A DNA stretch of 25,260 bases from a virus (taxonomy: Duplodnaviria > Caudoviricetes): IMG/VR virus record IMGVR_UViG_3300010376_000126, positions 1-25,260 of that record. One strand, given 5' to 3'. Under the pieces are notes generated by a model. The model worked only from the letters and a program-made list of their open reading frames with translations, was not told the DNA's origin and made no database searches. Positions within the stretch are counted from its first letter, which is position 1, and each line of letters begins with the position of its first letter. A program made the translations under genes and the position numbers. Positions 24,423 through 25,260 of the stretch are shown here, in pieces.

Positions 24423-24906
24423 CGGGATCGAGCGGACCGTCCTTCATGACCTCGACCGTCAGCGACAGCCGTTCGCCATCCACCTCGCCGGCATGCGGGT
24501 CGACATCGTGCGGTTCGATGATGTTGAGGTTGATGATCTTGTGGTTGGTCAGATCGACCGCGAGCGGCAGCTTGGCCTGCAGATAGGGCAGGGCGGCGGT
24601 GATCGCGAGGCGCTGTTCCTGCAGCGCTTCCATCTTGGAACAGCTGAGCGAAGCGGCGAGCTCCTCGGTGCCAGCCGACCAGATCTGCGCCAGCCGCTCG
24701 AGCGGATGGCTGTAGCGGCTGAGCAGATACGCCGCCATTTCGATGGTGCGCTTGTTGCTGGCGCCGAGCGGCCGGCCCGGCTTGCGCGTCCGGATCTCCT
24801 GAACCTTTTCGTTGATCGGCAGTCCCAGCAATTCGAGCTGGTCTTCGGCCGGCGGAGGGTCATACTCCGCGAGCGCGATCTCGAGCGCACGCTTTTCGCC
24901 GGCCAT
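24409..24906 (-). CDS. terS: Probable terminase small subunit, 165 aa
   Basis: Overlaps the terL start; KPGRPLGASNKRT motif and ALPYLQAKL helix typical of TerS-like proteins. Confidence 0.75.
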   Translation of the reverse strand: MAGEKRALEIALAEYDPPPAEDQLELLGLPINEKVQEIRTRKPGRPLGASNKRTIEMAAYLLSRYSHPLERLAQIWSAGTEELAASLSCSKMEALQEQRLAITAALPYLQAKLPLAVDLTNHKIINLNIIEPHDVDPHAGEVDGERLSLTVEVMKDGPLDPDDAA

Positions 24907-25170
24907 GGCCGCAATCCAAAAAAAATGCAGCCGGGTTCCGGCGAAAAACCCGCACCCACATTATCGGCTTGAAAAATGACGCGATGTCAAAACCTCCCCA
25001 CGAGTTCCATAGCTCACAGGTACAGAGCGCGTGGGGAGTGGAACGCTGAAAACCGGGGTGCCGGGGCTCTGAGAGTCCCAGAAACCAAGGCCTTTTTGGT
25101 TTTCCAAGGAGATCGACAACAGCCGAAATCAAGCGTTTCTGATGTCGACAAGGAGGGTGACCGGCCCCAA

Positions 25171-25192
25171 AGTTGTACGGTTTTGTTGTACG
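25171..25192 (+). repeat. Third GTTGTACG doublet, upstream of terS
   Basis: AGTTGTACG at 25171-25179 and TGTTGTACG at 25184-25192, same orientation as the att-flanking doublets. Confidence 0.6.
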
Positions 25193-25260
25193 CTTTGAAA
25201 CTATCCAGCAATTCCAATGTGTTACGATGCAATGGCCGCTTGATCTAGAATCAGGGACTC

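Larger units (their letters stand above)
1..25260. mobile_element. Temperate podovirus-like phage segment (T7/BPP-1-type morphogenesis module plus attP-like region)
   Basis: Continuous terS-terL-portal-scaffold-capsid-tail adaptor-nozzle-ejection proteins-tail fibre order with overlapping stop/start codons. No host housekeeping genes. tRNA 3' fragment flanked by arm-like repeats. Confidence 0.93.

Noticed and set aside
1655-24906. Genome-wide TAG reassignment (alternative genetic code)
   Set aside because: All conserved genes are full length under code 11 with no internal TAG, and no suppressor tRNA is visible.
2068-24972. Long + strand ORFs (e.g. 4872-7460, 7803-10277, 13873-15696, 19294-21438)
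   Set aside because: Antisense shadows of real high-GC genes; Arg/His/Gly-rich composition and no motifs.

Overview
High-GC phage (or prophage-derived) DNA, probably infecting an alphaproteobacterium. Positions 1655-24906 hold one tightly coupled minus-strand packaging and morphogenesis operon of a podovirus with T7/BPP-1-like virion architecture. Gene order: terS, terL, small ORFs, gp7.3-like protein, portal, accessory ORFs including a Bbp19-like gene, scaffold, major capsid, decoration protein, tail adaptor, tail nozzle, GNAT/gp13-like protein, three ejection proteins, and a tail fibre with an S74-type chaperone. The left 1.6 kb holds a 137-aa unknown protein, an attP-like site (3' half of tRNA-Lys(TTT) flanked by tandem AGTTGTAC repeats, with no integrase in the window) and several candidate structured ncRNAs. 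The most unusual signals are: a ~230-nt multibranched RNA directly behind the 137-aa gene; a second att-arm-like block 24 kb away, upstream of terS; a duplicated internal-loop motif in the capsid leader; a four-copy repeat in an ejection protein; two inserted repeats in the tail nozzle; and a Pro/Gly-rich IWGP-repeat protein. All calls were made by eye from motifs and synteny; no database search or folding program was run.
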